A stretch of DNA of 64,000 nucleotides from the NCBI RefSeq assembly GCF_009914755.1, contig NC_060933.1; one strand, given 5' to 3'. Positions within the stretch are counted from its first letter, which is position 1, and the number at the start of each line of letters is the position of its first letter. Source of the DNA: the human T2T-CHM13v2.0 reference genome, Homo sapiens. The translations under genes were made by a program, and so were the position numbers. The notes beneath the pieces were generated by a model that saw nothing but the letters and a program-made list of their open reading frames with translations, was not told where the DNA came from and searched no databases. This document shows positions 62,540 to 64,000 of this stretch, in pieces.

Positions 62540-64000
62540 CAAAATAGCAGCCTAGAAGCAAGCTAGCTTCACTGCCACTCATAGGAAACCAGAAACAAAT
62601 ACATAATGCTGTGGTTATTACCATCAACATCTCAGGATTTAAAACCAGGGAGGAAACAGTTCCCTGGGCTGCAGATAAATAGAAGCATTCTGAGCATATG
62701 GTAAAAGAACCAAATATTCATATCCACGATGCCTCCTCCAAATTTGCCTGCCACCAACTGCATGGAAAATTTCCCCCTGACTTATTGTCTCTACACCGTT
62801 AAAAATGAGATTGAGATGGGCAACCAGCCTCCTCAGTACCTCAGGTCCACTGGCAGGATATTTGTATTTTCCTCAATCCACAAGAAGCATCAGGAGTGCC
62901 TAAAGGGCAAAATATCCCTAAGGATATCCAGAGACAATATGGGGAGGTGGAACTGCCATCCTCAGTCTTGGAAACTCTGCTCTATAACTCTTTCAAAGGA
63001 GACCCCAAGTCAGAGTGGCTGTTCAGCAGCACCATGTTGTAGGAGGTTTGTTCCACTGGTCCCCCTGGGCATGAACACCTAGGAAGCCTTCTCACACTAA
63101 TTGGAAATTGTCTTTGGAATATCCCCCATTCCAGACAGACTGTATTCTAATTATTTACTAGAACTCAGGTAAATATGGGCTTAAGGTACCATCTACTCTC
63201 AAAAAAGGCAAAAATGTGGGGAGAAAAAGGAAAAAAAGAAATAATAAATGAATGAAAATACAAAGAAAGAAAGAAAGAAAATCAACAGGTAAGTTAAAAA
63301 GAATCTAAGCAAATATAGTCTAATTTTCTAAGCAAATATATCTAAGCAAATATAGTCAGGAAAATATTGCAAATATATCTAAGCAAATATAGTCAGGAAA
63401 AAATATTGCAAATATATCTAAGCAAATATAGTCAGGAAAAAAAAAGCCAGGCAGAGAAGTCTGGAATAAACAACTAATCTTGGAAGCACTTTAATAGATG
63501 TGCATGCACAAAAAATAACAGCAAATAGAAAACCACGACCTCCACAGACAAAGCAATAAACCTGTGACTGACCTTCACAAGACAGTAATATATGAACTCC
63601 TTGATAAATAATTTAAAATATCAATTTTAAGGAAACTCAGTGATCTCCCAGATAACATAGAAAAATAATTCAGAAATTTATCAGATAAATTATAAGAAAA
63701 AAATAATTTTTAAAATCAAACAGAAATCTTGGAAGTGAGAAATATATTTGCTGAGCAAAAAAAAATTATTAGAGGCTCTTAGTAACAGAATGGATCAAGC
63801 AGAGGAAATAATTACTGAGCTCGAAGAATGGCTATTTGAAAATACACAGCTAGAGGGAAAAAAAAGATTGAAAATTAAGGAAAGTAAGCTACCAGATATA
63901 GAAAATAACCTCAACAGGCAGAATCCGAGAATTATTGGTGTTCAAAAGGGATTTGAGCAAGAATGAGGAGAAGGAAACTTCCCTTCATTCACAAAAACAA
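62540..64000 (+). mobile_element. Old L1M/L1MA 5'UTR and start of ORF1, running off the window
   Basis: ORF1 coiled-coil remnant (63748-63966: LSNRMDQAEEIITELEE...RIIGV) and 'aaggaaactcagtgatctcc'. Confidence 0.75.
63304..63445. repeat. Hierarchical minisatellite: three ~37-39-bp units built from a 14-mer
   Basis: gcaaatatatctaagcaaatatagtcagg(A)n starts at 63332, 63369 and 63408. Confidence 0.88.

Noticed and set aside
63304-63445. CRISPR-like array
   Set aside because: Units are adjacent with no unique spacers, the context is eukaryotic, and there are no cas genes.

Overview
AT-rich, CpG-poor human genomic DNA, intergenic or deep intronic. Human origin is inferred from an L1HS Ta-1 element and an AluYa5. 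No host protein-coding exon, RNA gene or processed pseudogene is recognisable: every long ORF in the track is an L1 ORF2 fragment, and the rest are Alu/L1 read-throughs or chance ORFs. The left ~37 kb is mostly unique sequence and ancient repeats (MIR, L2, L3/CR1, MER5, Charlie, MLT1). The right ~26 kb is a stack of nested L1s and Alus: a near full-length L1PA15/16-like element carrying L1HS-Ta and L1PA2/3 inserts, and an L1MC/ME host carrying L1MA8+AluSp and L1PA13+Alu. I did not find a new gene system. The most notable structure is mutational: a ~210-bp inverted duplication of non-repeat DNA (3572-3785 / 4938-5146), a young Ta-1 L1 with no visible target-site duplication (TSD), three twin-primed L1 inversions of different ages, an Alu trimer made by local duplication, and a fold-back hairpin cluster inside an old L1. 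Subfamily calls come from recalled consensus diagnostics, not a RepeatMasker run; boundaries of old repeats are approximate.
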